63,355 nt of DNA, filler included, from Piptocephalis cylindrospora (GCA_003614145.1; 27 parts of 27 records of this genome joined end to end with filler, not necessarily neighbours in it), one strand, 5' to 3'. Counted from the first letter of the whole stretch, positions 13,094-23,944 are shown. Program-made: numbers and translations. The notes: generated by a model from the sequence alone, not told the origin.

Positions 13094-13184
13094 CACGCAA
13101 GTTGGCCGAATGAGGCGGGTTTATGTGTTCGGATGCCTTTAGCGTCTACCCCATTAGGGAAAATAAAATGGTTTCAACAACAAC
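13094..13184 (+). mobile_element. 5'-truncated LINE 3'-tail / SINE-like insertion with (CAA)n tail and target-site duplication
   Basis: Sequence GGCCGAATGAGGCGGGT..TTCGGATGCC..CTACCCCA..GGGAAAATAAAATGGTTTCAACAACAACAA, flanked by the direct repeat AATCGTAATACA (13082-13093 and 13191-13202). Related copies at about 20101-20140(-), 24824-24905(+), 44984-45060(-) and 45102-45160(+). Confidence 0.8.
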
Positions 13185-13509
13185 AATAAAAATCGTAATA
13201 CAATATAACGCCTTAAAAGCCATAAATAGCCTTGGATGGTCCTGAATACACATTCTCTAAACAATTAAAGCGGGAATTTATGGTCTTCCAGCATAAAGCT
13301 TGCCACTTTAGGGAGTTTCCAACAGGATGATTATATCACTTTGGGATCCTTCCGCGTGTGTATGTGCATCACTAAGTAAGTTCCCACTCTACATCTGGTT
13401 GCTCCGCCCTACTCCTTTACTCTCCGCTACACTCACTATCCCCGCTTTTTCGCCATTCATCCCATTCATCCGCCATCTCCCACTCATCCTTCCTAGTCCT
13501 ATCCAGGTT

Positions 13510-14332
13510 ATGCCTGCCCTCAGATCCCAATGGAGGGAGTTTAACTTCTTTGACCGCCAGCTCGTGGAGGAGCCCCCCTCCATCTTCACCCAGGCTGATG
13601 TCATGGGTGCCTGTCTGGCCAAAGACCTCATCTACCTGGGATGCTCAAGGGGCACTATCCACATGGTCGATCGAACCTTCCAGACCCATTCTTTTGATAC
13701 TGGTCTCCCCACCGGTCGCCTAACCTTCCTCCGTGTCGGTGGTGACGGGGATACCACCTTGGTGACCCTGACCGAGGACGAGGAGGTAGCACCTCTCCTG
13801 CAGATTTGGGACCTGAGCAAAGTTCCTTCCTCCCTCCCCTCCTCCCTGGGATTATCCCCTCCGGAGACCTCGGGAAAGGGCGCATCCGGGGCTTCGTCCT
13901 CTCTCATCTCCGTCACCCCCATCCTTCTTCGATCCATCCCTGTGCGTACCGGTGAACGACCCTACCCCGTCACTTCCCTTGCCCTTCTGGGATCTCTGGA
14001 GCAGATTGCCTTGGGCTTTGCGGATGGCCAGGTCATCCTCGTCACCGGGGATATCCTCCGAGATCGATCATTGAAGCAACGCTGCCTCCATTCTAGCCCT
14101 GAGCCCATCACTTCGCTTGGCTACCGGGGTCTCCTGGACCCCACGTTGTACATCACCACCGTGGCTAAAACCCTGGTATGCACCTCCACCACCCAGGGAC
14201 CTGGACTCCTGGGTAAAGATGTCGTTCAGGTCCTGGATGAGACGGGTTGTGGGGTGGATTGTGCCATCGTCCATCCAAAGACCGGGTATCTCGTCGTCGG
14301 CCGAGAGGAGGCTATCTACTACTACACCCCAG
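13510..14332 (+). CDS. VPS11: Vacuolar protein sorting Vps11/Pep5 N-terminal beta-propeller, 3' partial
   Basis: Starts MPALRSQWREFNFFD and contains LVTLTEDE..PLLQIWDL, IALGFADGQVILVTGDILRDR, EPITSLG, LDETGC and VVGREEAIYYY. These match the Vps11 N-terminus. Confidence 0.92.
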
Positions 14333-14432
14333 NNNNNNNNNNNNNNNNNNNNNNNNNNNNNNNNNNNNNNNNNNNNTTAATTAATTAANNNNNNNNNNNN
14401 NNNNNNNNNNNNNNNNNNNNNNNNNNNNNNNN

Positions 14433-16355
14433 AGATGTAGATTATTAGGGGGACAAGGTGACGAAAAGATTAGAGCCATCCTTAAACTTTCAAAGGGCTT
14501 ACCCAGATAAAAGGCCGACGGGGCCAGAGATACATGAGCCACCTTGTTGAAAGTAGGCCATACAAGCATTCTGAAGGTAGACCATGAGAGTGTCCTCAGG
14601 AGAGGCCGAAAAGAGGGCGTAGAGAGCCTGAGCAAGGATATTGACGGTGGAGGAATAATACTTTCTAGACCAGTGAAAACACTGAATTTGGGCCATGACC
14701 ATGTCAGTGGCCGCTAGATCCGGAAGGGCTTGAGGGGAAAGGAGTTTCCGTAGAAGAGCGACGTCCTTTAAACCTACAGTCATTCCACCTGGGAGGAGGG
14801 GAAGGAGAGAGGGAATATTGGGTTAACAGGGAGAAATGACATATCCCAAAAGGGAAAAAAAGACCTACCTCCGGTCAGGGGGTGCCGCATGTTCATTGCA
14901 TCCCCAAGAACGATTAAGCCATCAATCGAAGAGGTTGAGGGAGCGAGATAGGAGTTGGGCATGGATCGAAGACGGTCATTTTCAAGAGCCTGGAGAAAGC
15001 AAGAGTGCAGGGACTTTGGAAGATCGGATAGCACTTCGGCTTGCATGTAGCGCTATGGTGAAGGAGGAGGGTTGAGAGGGTGAAAACCAAATGATACCTG
15101 TGCTTAGGACGTACTTTGAGATCACCATTGGATGTACTGGGTAGCTTGCCGGGAATGTTGACAAGGAGACGTGTTTCTCGAGTACCAATTTGATAAAGAA
15201 GGGATGGGGAGCGTTTGGTGATGACGACATGACCATGGTTGGGGAATGGAAGAGGACAGTCCTGCAGAATTAGGCTGGTGATGAGGTATTGATTGGTTGG
15301 TTGGTTAGGATGGGGGGAGAGATGAGGGGAAGAGGGGGGATGGATTGAGTTGGGTGTCCTTACCCAACAAAATTTGAAGTGGATGTGACTGGACGAGCAA
15401 GGGCTTGTTTCCTAAACTTGCTAAAACAGCCATCAGCACTGACCGTCACGGACCCCAGATACTATATAGTGGAGGAAGGTGAGGGACGGAGGGTGGTGAG
15501 AGGAGGGGGGGACAGAATGAGCGCACGTACTTGATGCTTTGTCTTGGAGCCCTCGGGACCGCCTAGACGCTGGATGCACTCGATTCCAATAACCTTTCCA
15601 GTCATTTCACAGTAGATCAGATCAGTGACAGTGGCTTCTTTGAGTTCAGTGCTAAGGAAGGAGGGGAAGGTAGGATGAGTCTTGGGATGCCTCAACCTAC
15701 TAGTGATAAGACAGAGTGACTCGAGTACGTACCCCGGGGCAGATGCACAGGCCTGGCGCAATTTCTGAATGAAGCGACCATGATGAAAGGAACGACCTGT
15801 CAAGAGTTTCTTGGGATCGCTGTCAAGGTCGGTCTTGGCGATTCCCTGGGATATCGTGGGATCTTCGAGGTCATTGTAGGGGATCATGATGGTTTGATCC
15901 GAATGGAGGATACCATAGCCGTATGTAGGGATTGCGTCAATTCCAACGAGACAATCTGGAGAAAGGAAAGAGTGAGTATTTTAGAGTGGGCTACGCACGA
16001 GAAAGGAGATGGTCCTACCGGATAAGCCCAGTTCCTCCAAGGCCTTACAGCCACCCGGTTGGAGGAGCTCTCCTACAATCCTATCAGGTTCAGTCAAGTC
16101 ACGTTCTGCGTGGGGATAAGGGCGAGTGGGCGAGTGAGTGGAGGCGGCTGACTGAGAGAAAAATTCCCAAAGTCTATACCTAGGACAAGAACGCGTCGAC
16201 CATCCCTTCCAAGGACAGCACCTAGGGCCGAGCCCACGATCCCAGCCCCAATAATGATAACATCGTAGGTGTCCTAGGGTTGTGGGAGAGAAAGAGAAAG
16301 GGTGAGAGATGAGTTGTGGAATATTCTCGTGGCTGATAGGAACAGGGCTTACCAT
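14433..16355 (-). CDS. ERG1: Squalene epoxidase (squalene monooxygenase), multi-exon, 3' partial
   Basis: ATG|intron|DTYDVIIIGAGIVGSALG (FAD-binding), ERDLTEPDRIVGELLQPGG, GRSFHHGRFIQKLR, LRSMPNSYL, LGDAMNMRHPLTGG-MTVGLKDV and STVNILAQALY. Confidence 0.96.
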
Positions 16356-16719
16356 GCACAGAGGAAGGGGGATGAGAAGAGTATATATAAGTATAAAGCT
16401 AGGAAGCAAGGACAGGACAGGCGCAGTAGGATGGAGAGACAGAGGGTGGGAGAATAGCCTTGAGCTGGGCGATTCATATGAGACATGGACGAGGCCCTAG
16501 GCTTTATTCTTCATCTCCAATTCTAGGACACTCAAAAGGCACATCGACCTGGAAAGCTTAAACCGATCACCCTACCTCCCCCTGGTCTCTATATCCCCCC
16601 ATCCCAGTGCTCTTCATCANNNNNNNNNNNNNNNNNNNNNNNNNNNNNNNNNNNNNNNNNNNNTTAATTAATTAANNNNNNNNNNNNNNNNNNNNNNNNN
16701 NNNNNNNNNNNNNNNNNNN

Positions 16720-17772
16720 TTCATCCTTCTCCCATTTGGCTTGGCGGAGGGATGTACCGTGCTCCCTACCCTACTGCCATGTTATACTCATAGACCTCTT
16801 CCCCCTCTAGGTTTTCAATTCACCCGGTCTGTAAGTGGAACTATTGTGGCTAGAAAGGCTGCATCCCCTATCCCTAATGGGCAGGGTGAGATGAAGGAGG
16901 GGCTGAAGGGGGTGCGGAACCCAAAGCTGTCCAAGGATGCCGAGGCCCTGCCAGCCCTAGCGACGTTTGCGACGCGTCTTGGTCTTCAGGGATTTAGCGA
17001 TGGCCGAATCCTTCTTCAGGCGCTGACGCACAAGAGTTTTGATCACGCGCGAATCCCCACAAATGAGCGACTCGAATATCTGGGCAAGCAAGTGGTGAAC
17101 CTGTACGTGGGTCAGTACCTTCATGCCAAGTACCCCACCCTTCCGGTCAACACGATCCGGGATGCGCAAGAGGCGTACTGCGGGTTCGGAGCCCTTGGAC
17201 GGCTTGGCACGGAGCTGGGAGTGAACAAGGTGATGCGGTGGAAGCCTGCCCTTCCCAGCGCTGCCGGGGGCGAGGAAAGGGCTCCTGGAAACAAGAGGGG
17301 AGATAAGTGGGCGCGTGGTGAGACCAAGGTGGCGGGGAGAGCTGTGGCGTCAATCATCGGAGCCCTGTACCATGATCAGGGCCCGGCCAAGGCCATGGAG
17401 TTTGTAAAAGCTCACGTCCTGAGCCGAGAGGTTGATGTGACAGGCCTTCTAGTTCTCTCGGAGCCCAAGAGACTTTTGACAGCACTGATGCAGCGCAAGA
17501 AGATGGATCGGCCCATTTCCCGGTTGCTCAGTGAGACAGGTCGCCTGTCCAACAATGCAGTATACCTTGTCGGGGTCTACTCTGGGGAACGTCTCCTGGG
17601 TACTGGGTACGGGAGCAGTAAGGCGATGGCGGAGCACCGGGCGGCCAAGGAGGTGATCTCCAAGTACTATCTGACTGAGGCACAAGATTTCGAGATTGGG
17701 GATGATGTTCCCAGTGAGAAGGACATCCAGTTTTCTGCCGGGCCTCTCGGCGACACTGCTGTGGTGCTTTAA
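16720..17772 (+). CDS. MRPL3: Mitochondrial ribosomal protein mL44 (RNase III-like domain plus dsRBD), 5' partial
   Basis: LLQALTHKSF..NERLEYLG (RNase III-like), ASIIGALYHDQG, and PISRLLSETGRLSNNAVYLVGVYSG..LGTGYGSSKAMAEHRAA, typical of mL44. Confidence 0.9.
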   Translation, partial: FILLPFGLAEGCTVLPTLLPCYTHRPLPPLGFQFTRSVSGTIVARKAASPIPNGQGEMKEGLKGVRNPKLSKDAEALPALATFATRLGLQGFSDGRILLQALTHKSFDHARIPTNERLEYLGKQVVNLYVGQYLHAKYPTLPVNTIRDAQEAYCGFGALGRLGTELGVNKVMRWKPALPSAAGGEERAPGNKRGDKWARGETKVAGRAVASIIGALYHDQGPAKAMEFVKAHVLSREVDVTGLLVLSEPKRLLTALMQRKKMDRPISRLLSETGRLSNNAVYLVGVYSGERLLGTGYGSSKAMAEHRAAKEVISKYYLTEAQDFEIGDDVPSEKDIQFSAGPLGDTAVVL

Positions 17773-18443
17773 CGAGCAATGGGCACATGGGGTAGGGTGG
17801 AAGGGAGAAATGAATGAAGGTTTACGTAGAGCACTTTGTTGAAGAGGAGGAAACAGTGTTATCTTGATCATCATGAAGCTTTGCTATTTTGAAGGCTCGA
17901 TCTCTGAAGCATAATTCGGATACCTTTTTTGTAATCAAGATCACAATGGGTTTGTGATTATTTGGGTGAGGGATTTGAAGTATGGCTCCAAAGGTCACAT
18001 GCGATTAATACATGAATCGTGGTTTGTGTAAACATTGAGATAAACGATCTATTAAGTATTATTATAAGTACTTTAGAGTGAGTTGGACGCTTGTCCTTAG
18101 CAGCATCAACACGGAATGAGACAGGTCTTTGGTGGACTGGATCGGGGAGATACTATGAAGGCTTCTCCGTGTATGCTGTATCCTTACGCTGGATTGTATT
18201 GTTTAAGGGCGATGTGGCCTGATCTACACATCGTACCACTCATCCCTTTCTGGAGCAGTGTCCGCACCCTCCCTCTTCAGAGCAGATGCCACGACGACAC
18301 TTCCCACACCTTCCAGTTCGACTTATGTGGTCGATATGGTATTTATTCCCAGCAGGACAACGGATATAAAAAGAAAGGAGTATTAGATTGCCTTTGATCT
18401 AGAATGACCATACTTCTTTACACACATACTATTCTACAACATC

Positions 18444-18675
18444 ATGTCTTCTCTCCTTACCTCATGGCTCCCTGAAGGCGCTCTGGCGCAGTGGATATTC
18501 TTCATCTCGGCGGTCTCGGTGATCAACACAGTGCAAACCTACACTACTGGCACCAAGACGACTCGACGGATTTATTCTGGTGAGCCCCAGCAAGGTAAGA
18601 CTAATTCTTGATGAAAGATCGATGAAGCCTCCCCCCTCACTCAGACACTCCACTCATCCCCTTCCTTGCACAGTG
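18444..18675 (+). CDS. ERG28: Ergosterol biosynthesis protein Erg28, exon 1 and intron only; homology is lost just after the acceptor
   Basis: MSSLLTSWLPEGALAQWIFFISAVSVINTVQTYTTGTKTTRRIYSGEPQQ(V) resembles the Erg28 N-terminus. Intron GTAAGA..CACAG at 18595-18673. Not present in the ORF track. Confidence 0.75.
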
Positions 18676-19011
18676 ATACCAAAAAAAGGGTAAAGTCCAG
18701 CTGGGTCAAGAGGACCGCGCTCTTTGTCGGTCTCTCCTCCATAGGCCTGGGTGTTGCCGCACTGCTTGTCCTATACGCCTCCAAGCATGCCAGTATCCTT
18801 ACCTTCCTGGCGGATGGTCGGTCTCTTCGTGTGTCCTACTATCCCTTTCCATGGTCCCGCTCCATGTCCCATAAGAATCTCCCCATCGATCGTGTCTTCA
18901 GTCGCCAGCCACTTTTGCCCCCAGGCACCCAGGACACTCCGGGGGCCGAGAAGGGGGCCGTAGGGAAGAGCAACCGCTTCTTTTACGTGGCTTGCAAGGG
19001 CGGCTGGGTCT
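18675..19011 (+). CDS. Membrane protein fragment, tentatively the C-terminal half of a TMEM223-like protein
   Basis: Open frame with one TM helix (TALFVGLSSIGLGVAALLVLYA) followed by SILTFLADGRSLRVSYY. The family call is from recall only. Confidence 0.4.
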
Positions 19012-19111
19012 NNNNNNNNNNNNNNNNNNNNNNNNNNNNNNNNNNNNNNNNNNNNTTAATTAATTAANNNNNNNNNNNNNNNNNNNNNNNNNNNNNNNNN
19101 NNNNNNNNNNN

Positions 19112-19212
19112 AAGAGAAGTTCGGTCGAGGATACGCGGTAAAGGTCGCGAACCTTTCCACGCGCAATCATTTCCAGCTTGGGGCATTGACTTTCGAGGAG
19201 GACCGACGACAT
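19112..19212 (-). CDS. ADE1: SAICAR synthetase N-terminus, 3' partial
   Basis: MSSVLLESQCPKLEMIARGKVRDLYRVSSTELL contains the diagnostic ARGKVRD(L/I)Y motif. Not in the ORF track. Confidence 0.88.
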
Positions 19213-19412
19213 GACGAGTGGAGTCTTTTGTGTAAGGGAGGAAGGGGAAGGGATAAATGGAGAGAAGAAAAATCGTTTGTGTGTGTGAGAGGGGAGGGGG
19301 GAAAGTGACCGGGTGTCTCACGAAGGCGTGTGCTCATAGCTGACGTTGATCTTTAAATTATTTGGGGGGTGTCTTGGAGTATTGTGTAGGTTTTTCTATT
19401 TTAATTCCTTGA

Positions 19413-20085
19413 ATGGGAGTACCTCAAGAATATTATAACCAAGGTACTTTATGGGCAGCTCAATCTCTTTCCTTCCATGGTACCTCTCCTGTGTGCCTAA
19501 GATACGGTGAAGAAAAGGAGGCCATAAGGGATCGATTCCTTGAATGCCCGACTTCCCAGGCTCTTTGGTCCTATGTGTGCCATCATTTGATGGATGGACA
19601 AAGAGGAGATGAATGGGAGGATGTGGTCTTATCACTTGATATTCTTCCGGGATCACTAGGTTTTGAACCTAGTCTCCTGGTCATTGGATGCACATTTTGG
19701 TGTATTTATCGAGATATTCTACGGATTGTGTCAAGTTCATCCGAGACGACGCTCAGGCCTAATTTAAAGTACAAATTACGAATGTTGCTTCGGATGCTGA
19801 TGAAGGCCAAAAGAAGGACGGCCATTGAATGGGGACGATGGAGAAATGGGGGAGGTTACAGGAGAGGATAGGAGGGATTGGAAGATCCATGGAGGAAGCG
19901 ACAATTTTGTGAAATTTCTGCATCTTTTTTAAGATGAATCTGTGAAGGCTTTTAGGAAAAAGGGGAGATTGTAATTTTCCCAATACATTTCGCTGTTTAC
20001 TACTACTCAAGAATCTTATTATACCAATGCGATGGTGGATTGAAAGGAATTGATATTGATATTTTAAATTAGCCGGATCATAAAC
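19413..20085 (+). mobile_element. Degenerate L1/Tx1-like LINE ORF2 C-terminus (zf-RVT-like) plus 3' UTR
   Basis: LWAAQSL..SPVCLRYGEEKEAIRDRFLECPTSQALW is a decayed CxxC..E...H.F..C motif and aligns with 24004-24642. The 3' UTR at about 19878-20020 matches 24645-24770. Confidence 0.72.
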
Positions 20086-20652
20086 GGCAGAGCTATACTG
20101 ATGATAAACCCATTTTATTTTCCTCAGTGGAGTAAGCAAATGAGAAACAGGAAAACAGTATTATTTACTGTGTGAATTATCCAAACATCATCATCCAACA
20201 CGTCTTATGCATACACATTCATTGTAAACCATTGTCTGGCGCGCAAAACTATAAAGCAGCATCCCACTCCTATCATGGATGCATGCACTGGAAAGATGAA
20301 TCATTAGGCTCTATCTTGCAGCATTCCACTATCCCTGAGGATGAGATGGATGCTCCCAGTCAAGGACGATCCCTCCCACCGTTTCGGAGTCTACCCCACC
20401 TGGGTCCCCGGACCATTGGTCACTGGTGTGCAGGGTCCTTGTGCATGTCCTTGCTGTATCCATCCGCCTCTCAGTGCCTTGACATCATTACCCTACATAT
20501 ACCCACAACTCATCCTTTTGATCCCTCTGTTCGTCTCGTTATTATTCTCCTCCATCTTACCTTCCCAAATTCCTCGGATCTTCTCCCTTTACGTCCACAC
20601 CAACGACTTGTCCATTCTTTGAGCTTATTCCAAACCCCTTGTTGCAATAGCC

Positions 20653-21400
20653 ATGATGGCCTCTTCCGTTTTTATGACTCTTATTCTTACCTTGGTGCCT
20701 CTCTGTACCTTGGCCCATCCCAAAAACCATCCTCGTCTACCGGATCTGGAGCCATTTCGACCCTCATCCCCGCCACATTCCGTATCCTATTATAGCTTGG
20801 TTCATGACGTGTTGGATGGGAGATTTGTGTCCTCTCTTACCAAGACTACGAAGAAAGACATCCATCTCCTCCATCGTCTATTCTTGCAAACTCCTTCCCC
20901 TAAGCCCTCAGATTGGAACCCATAGGAAAAGTTTGCTTTGACCAAATGGAGAAGCTTAGCCCACCTTACGGTGGGCCGGATCAGTATGGGATGGGGCCGA
21001 CTGGTAGAGTTGAATACGGCTGTCGAATCTAGAGCATCCGGGGAGACGCTCCTTGATATTCTTAGTCATCGAATTCCCAGTATTGAACGTGACATTCCCC
21101 GCGTCTCCTCCTTTTCTGCGTTTATGAAGAAGATTGAACTTCTCAACTCTTATGGAAATCCCGATGCTAGGTCTAATTCTCCCCATCCGTATGCTGATGC
21201 CATCGTCTCCATCCTCGATGATGAAACCAAGAGGTTTTATATTCAATCTCTTCTGGACATTGGGAATCCCGATATTTTTCCTGATCATTATATCCCGGTT
21301 TACCGACAATCCTTGATATACTTTCCCCAAGTCTACCATCTTATGCGAGTTACCCGTCTCATCCTCGCCGTCCTCGAGTCTTGTAAATACAGGTACTCCA
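20653..21400 (+). pseudogene. Putative secreted orphan protein interrupted by an in-frame TAG, 3' partial
   Basis: Signal-like start MMASSVFMTLILTLVPLCTLA-HP. ORFs 20653-20925 and 20938-end share a frame, with only the TAG at 20923-20925 between them. Confidence 0.55.
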
Positions 21401-21574
21401 NNNNNNNNNNNNNNNNNNNNNNNNNNNNNNNNNNNNNNNNNNNNTTAATTAATTAANNNNNNNNNNNNNNNNNNNNNNNNNNNNNNNNNNNNNNNNNNNN
21501 TTGATTCAGGAATCCTAGTCACGGAGGGACTAGATTGCCATCAATGGCTAGAGGAAAAGTATCGAGATCTTCGA

Positions 21575-22462
21575 GTGAGAAGAAATATCCAAGAAATGAA
21601 GTGCATGGACGCGGAACGGAGGATGTCAATGGCCCAAGAACAGGCTACAGTTGATGAGGCTGAGTATAGCCATTTGGTCAGACTCCTTTCACAGCTCTTC
21701 CCGAGAAAGGCCTTTCGAAGACAAGAGATACTTAAAGCCAAAGTGGACCGAGCTAGCTATGAAGTGACCCTATCTTCCCTAGCAGCATCACGGACCAACA
21801 GGGCACATCAGTTGCTGAAGGAAGCCAGTACCATTCTAGCTGGTGAATCCGTACCAACCGTCGACGCTACACCGTGCCCCAAAGAAAGCTCCTCCTCTCA
21901 TCATGATCGACGTCATCATAAGTCCCATCGAGGTAGGAAGGAACACTCGATGGATTCCAAGGAAACCATGTCACCACTTTCCTCTCCCATCCAGAGCGCC
22001 CATAGTCTTTTGATCAGCGATGCAGTACTCAAGTACAAGTTGGCCCATTTCATCCTTCCCTCCCTCCCTCACGTGCCAAAGGATACATGGCATCATATTC
22101 CCATTCCGATGGACGAAGAGGAGGAGGAGGAGGAGGAGGAAGAAAGGAAGTTAGTTACTCTACCATCCAGCCCAACACCCAATCATCATCCTCAGCATTC
22201 CAAAACGATCTCATCCGTCGGCCAAGGTCAAAAGAAAAAGGGTATCCGAGGCATCCTGGCCCCAATATTTGATCATCGACACAAGCACTCATTGGTCAAG
22301 GAGGAAGAGAGGGCTATATCGGACCTGATCGACAAAGGCCTGGCCCAGGCTCAAAGTGAGTCCCGGACAAGTAAAAAGGAGACAGAAGAGTGGACTCAAG
22401 TCCTAGATGATCGACGAGGCGATCTGGCCCACTTTTGGGCTGAAATGGTTGAGTCCATCTGA
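21575..22462 (+). CDS. Hypothetical coiled-coil protein, probably 5' partial
   Basis: 295-aa open frame with helical, charged composition and a poly-Glu tract. No family recognised. Confidence 0.6.
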   Translation: MRRNIQEMKCMDAERRMSMAQEQATVDEAEYSHLVRLLSQLFPRKAFRRQEILKAKVDRASYEVTLSSLAASRTNRAHQLLKEASTILAGESVPTVDATPCPKESSSSHHDRRHHKSHRGRKEHSMDSKETMSPLSSPIQSAHSLLISDAVLKYKLAHFILPSLPHVPKDTWHHIPIPMDEEEEEEEEEERKLVTLPSSPTPNHHPQHSKTISSVGQGQKKKGIRGILAPIFDHRHKHSLVKEEERAISDLIDKGLAQAQSESRTSKKETEEWTQVLDDRRGDLAHFWAEMVESI

Positions 22463-22512
22463 TAAACGCGTGTGAAATACATGACCTTGTTTAACAATAA
22501 TAGTTAAAAAAG

Positions 22513-22594
22513 TGAAGAGAGTGGGATTCGAACCCACGCCTCCGAAGAGACCACGGCCTTAACGTGGCGCCTTAGACCGCTCGGCCATCTCTCC
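22513..22594 (-). tRNA. tRNA-Leu (anticodon AAG), intronless, 82 nt
   Basis: GGAGAGATGGCCGAGCGGTCTAAGGCG CCACG-TTAAGGC-CGTGG TCTCTTCGGAGG CGTGGGTTCGAATCCCAC TCTCTTCA. It has a 7-bp acceptor stem, a long variable arm, A/B boxes and a downstream T6 Pol III terminator (22506-22511). Confidence 0.97.
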
Positions 22595-22739
22595 ACATTT
22601 ATGTGTCGTTATATAGATCGTTAATAAACAGATACTAATATAGTGCAAATATACTATTTTTACATTCTAATTGACATTGGATGACTACACTCATGCACTC
22701 ACCCTACCCCCTCACACACTTCCTCTCTCTCTCGCATCC

Positions 22740-23494
22740 ATGAGCCAAAGTAACCGCCCCGAACAGAAAGTCGAGGATGAGAAAAAGACAAAGGAGGAGC
22801 TCCGCATGTCCTCTGGAGCCAAGGCGGGCCTCCAGACGGGACGGGAAGTAGCCAAGACCCTACGGGAACGGCAGGAGGAGCAAAGACGGCGATTTGAGCA
22901 GATGGATCATCGTGTCAGTGGACGGGGGGCCCAAACAGTACATCGAGATCGAAGAGGTAAGCTGTTCTGAGGGATTGTAAAGGGTGCATGTTTATAAGGC
23001 CTCAACCTCCCCTGAACCTCTAATCTGTAGGACGACGAGTGGATGAGGCAGAGGAGCAAGCGTCAGAGGCGGAGAAGCGAAGAAAAGAGGATGAGGCGGC
23101 GATGCGGGAGATGGAATGGGGAAAAGGCCGGGTACAGAGAAGAGAGGAGGAGGAGAGGCGGAAGAGGGCAAGGGAAGAACGGGATCGACCATTTGCGCGA
23201 TATGCGGATGACCCTGAGGTGAACCGAGCGCTCAAGGAACGAATGAGATGGGATGATCCAGCAGCACGATACCATCTAGGGGAGGAAGGGGGTAGGACCA
23301 AAGGAAAGGCAAGAAAGACGATGCCCGTGTACAAGGGCCCAGCCCCACCCCCTAATCGCTTTGGCATCCGACCGGGCTACCGATGGGATGGAGTGGATCG
23401 ATCCAATGGATTTGAAAAGAAGCTCCTGGAGAATCGGGTGAGCCGGGAGGCAAGATCCAAAGAGGCTCATCGGCTCAACATGGGAGACCTTTAG
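22740..23494 (+). CDS. BUD13: Pre-mRNA splicing RES complex subunit Bud13/Cwc26
   Basis: [40 protein letters not shown] and [23 protein letters not shown]. Intron at 22957-23030. Confidence 0.95.
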
Positions 23495-23944
23495 AAGGCG
23501 ATACATGGTTGATTAATTGATTGATAGATGGTGTTGTGTTGTAAATGGAGATCTGAATCTCACGATGGAATTAGAAGGGCTTGAAATTTGGTCTTGGAAA
23601 TCTTAATCAAGGTTTGGCTTTCTTTATCTTGAGGAATCTTGGATCGGCAAAATGGGACTTGGGGACGTGTTCTTAACTGGAATCAATTCTTATCAAAGGG
23701 TATCTTAATCAGGGGAGGGTTCGCGAGGGAGGTGGGGATGGAAAAATGGAGGGAAATTTGACATGTATTCTTCAGACTGATGCAAAANNNNNNNNNNNNN
23801 NNNNNNNNNNNNNNNNNNNNNNNNNNNNNNNTTAATTAATTAANNNNNNNNNNNNNNNNNNNNNNNNNNNNNNNNNNNNNNNNNNNNAGGAAGGAGGTAA
23901 TTCTCTTGGCAGGAGTAACAAGGCCTGGAAAATCCTTGGGTCCA

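Noticed and set aside
12036..14332. DNA transposon or linear plasmid with long terminal inverted repeats
   Set aside because: The arms are VPS11 coding sequence and there is no transposase or polymerase. A fold-back chimera explains it.
16720..17772. RNase III / Dicer-like RNAi nuclease
   Set aside because: The degenerate catalytic signature and the SETGRLS..VGVYSG motif indicate mitoribosomal mL44.
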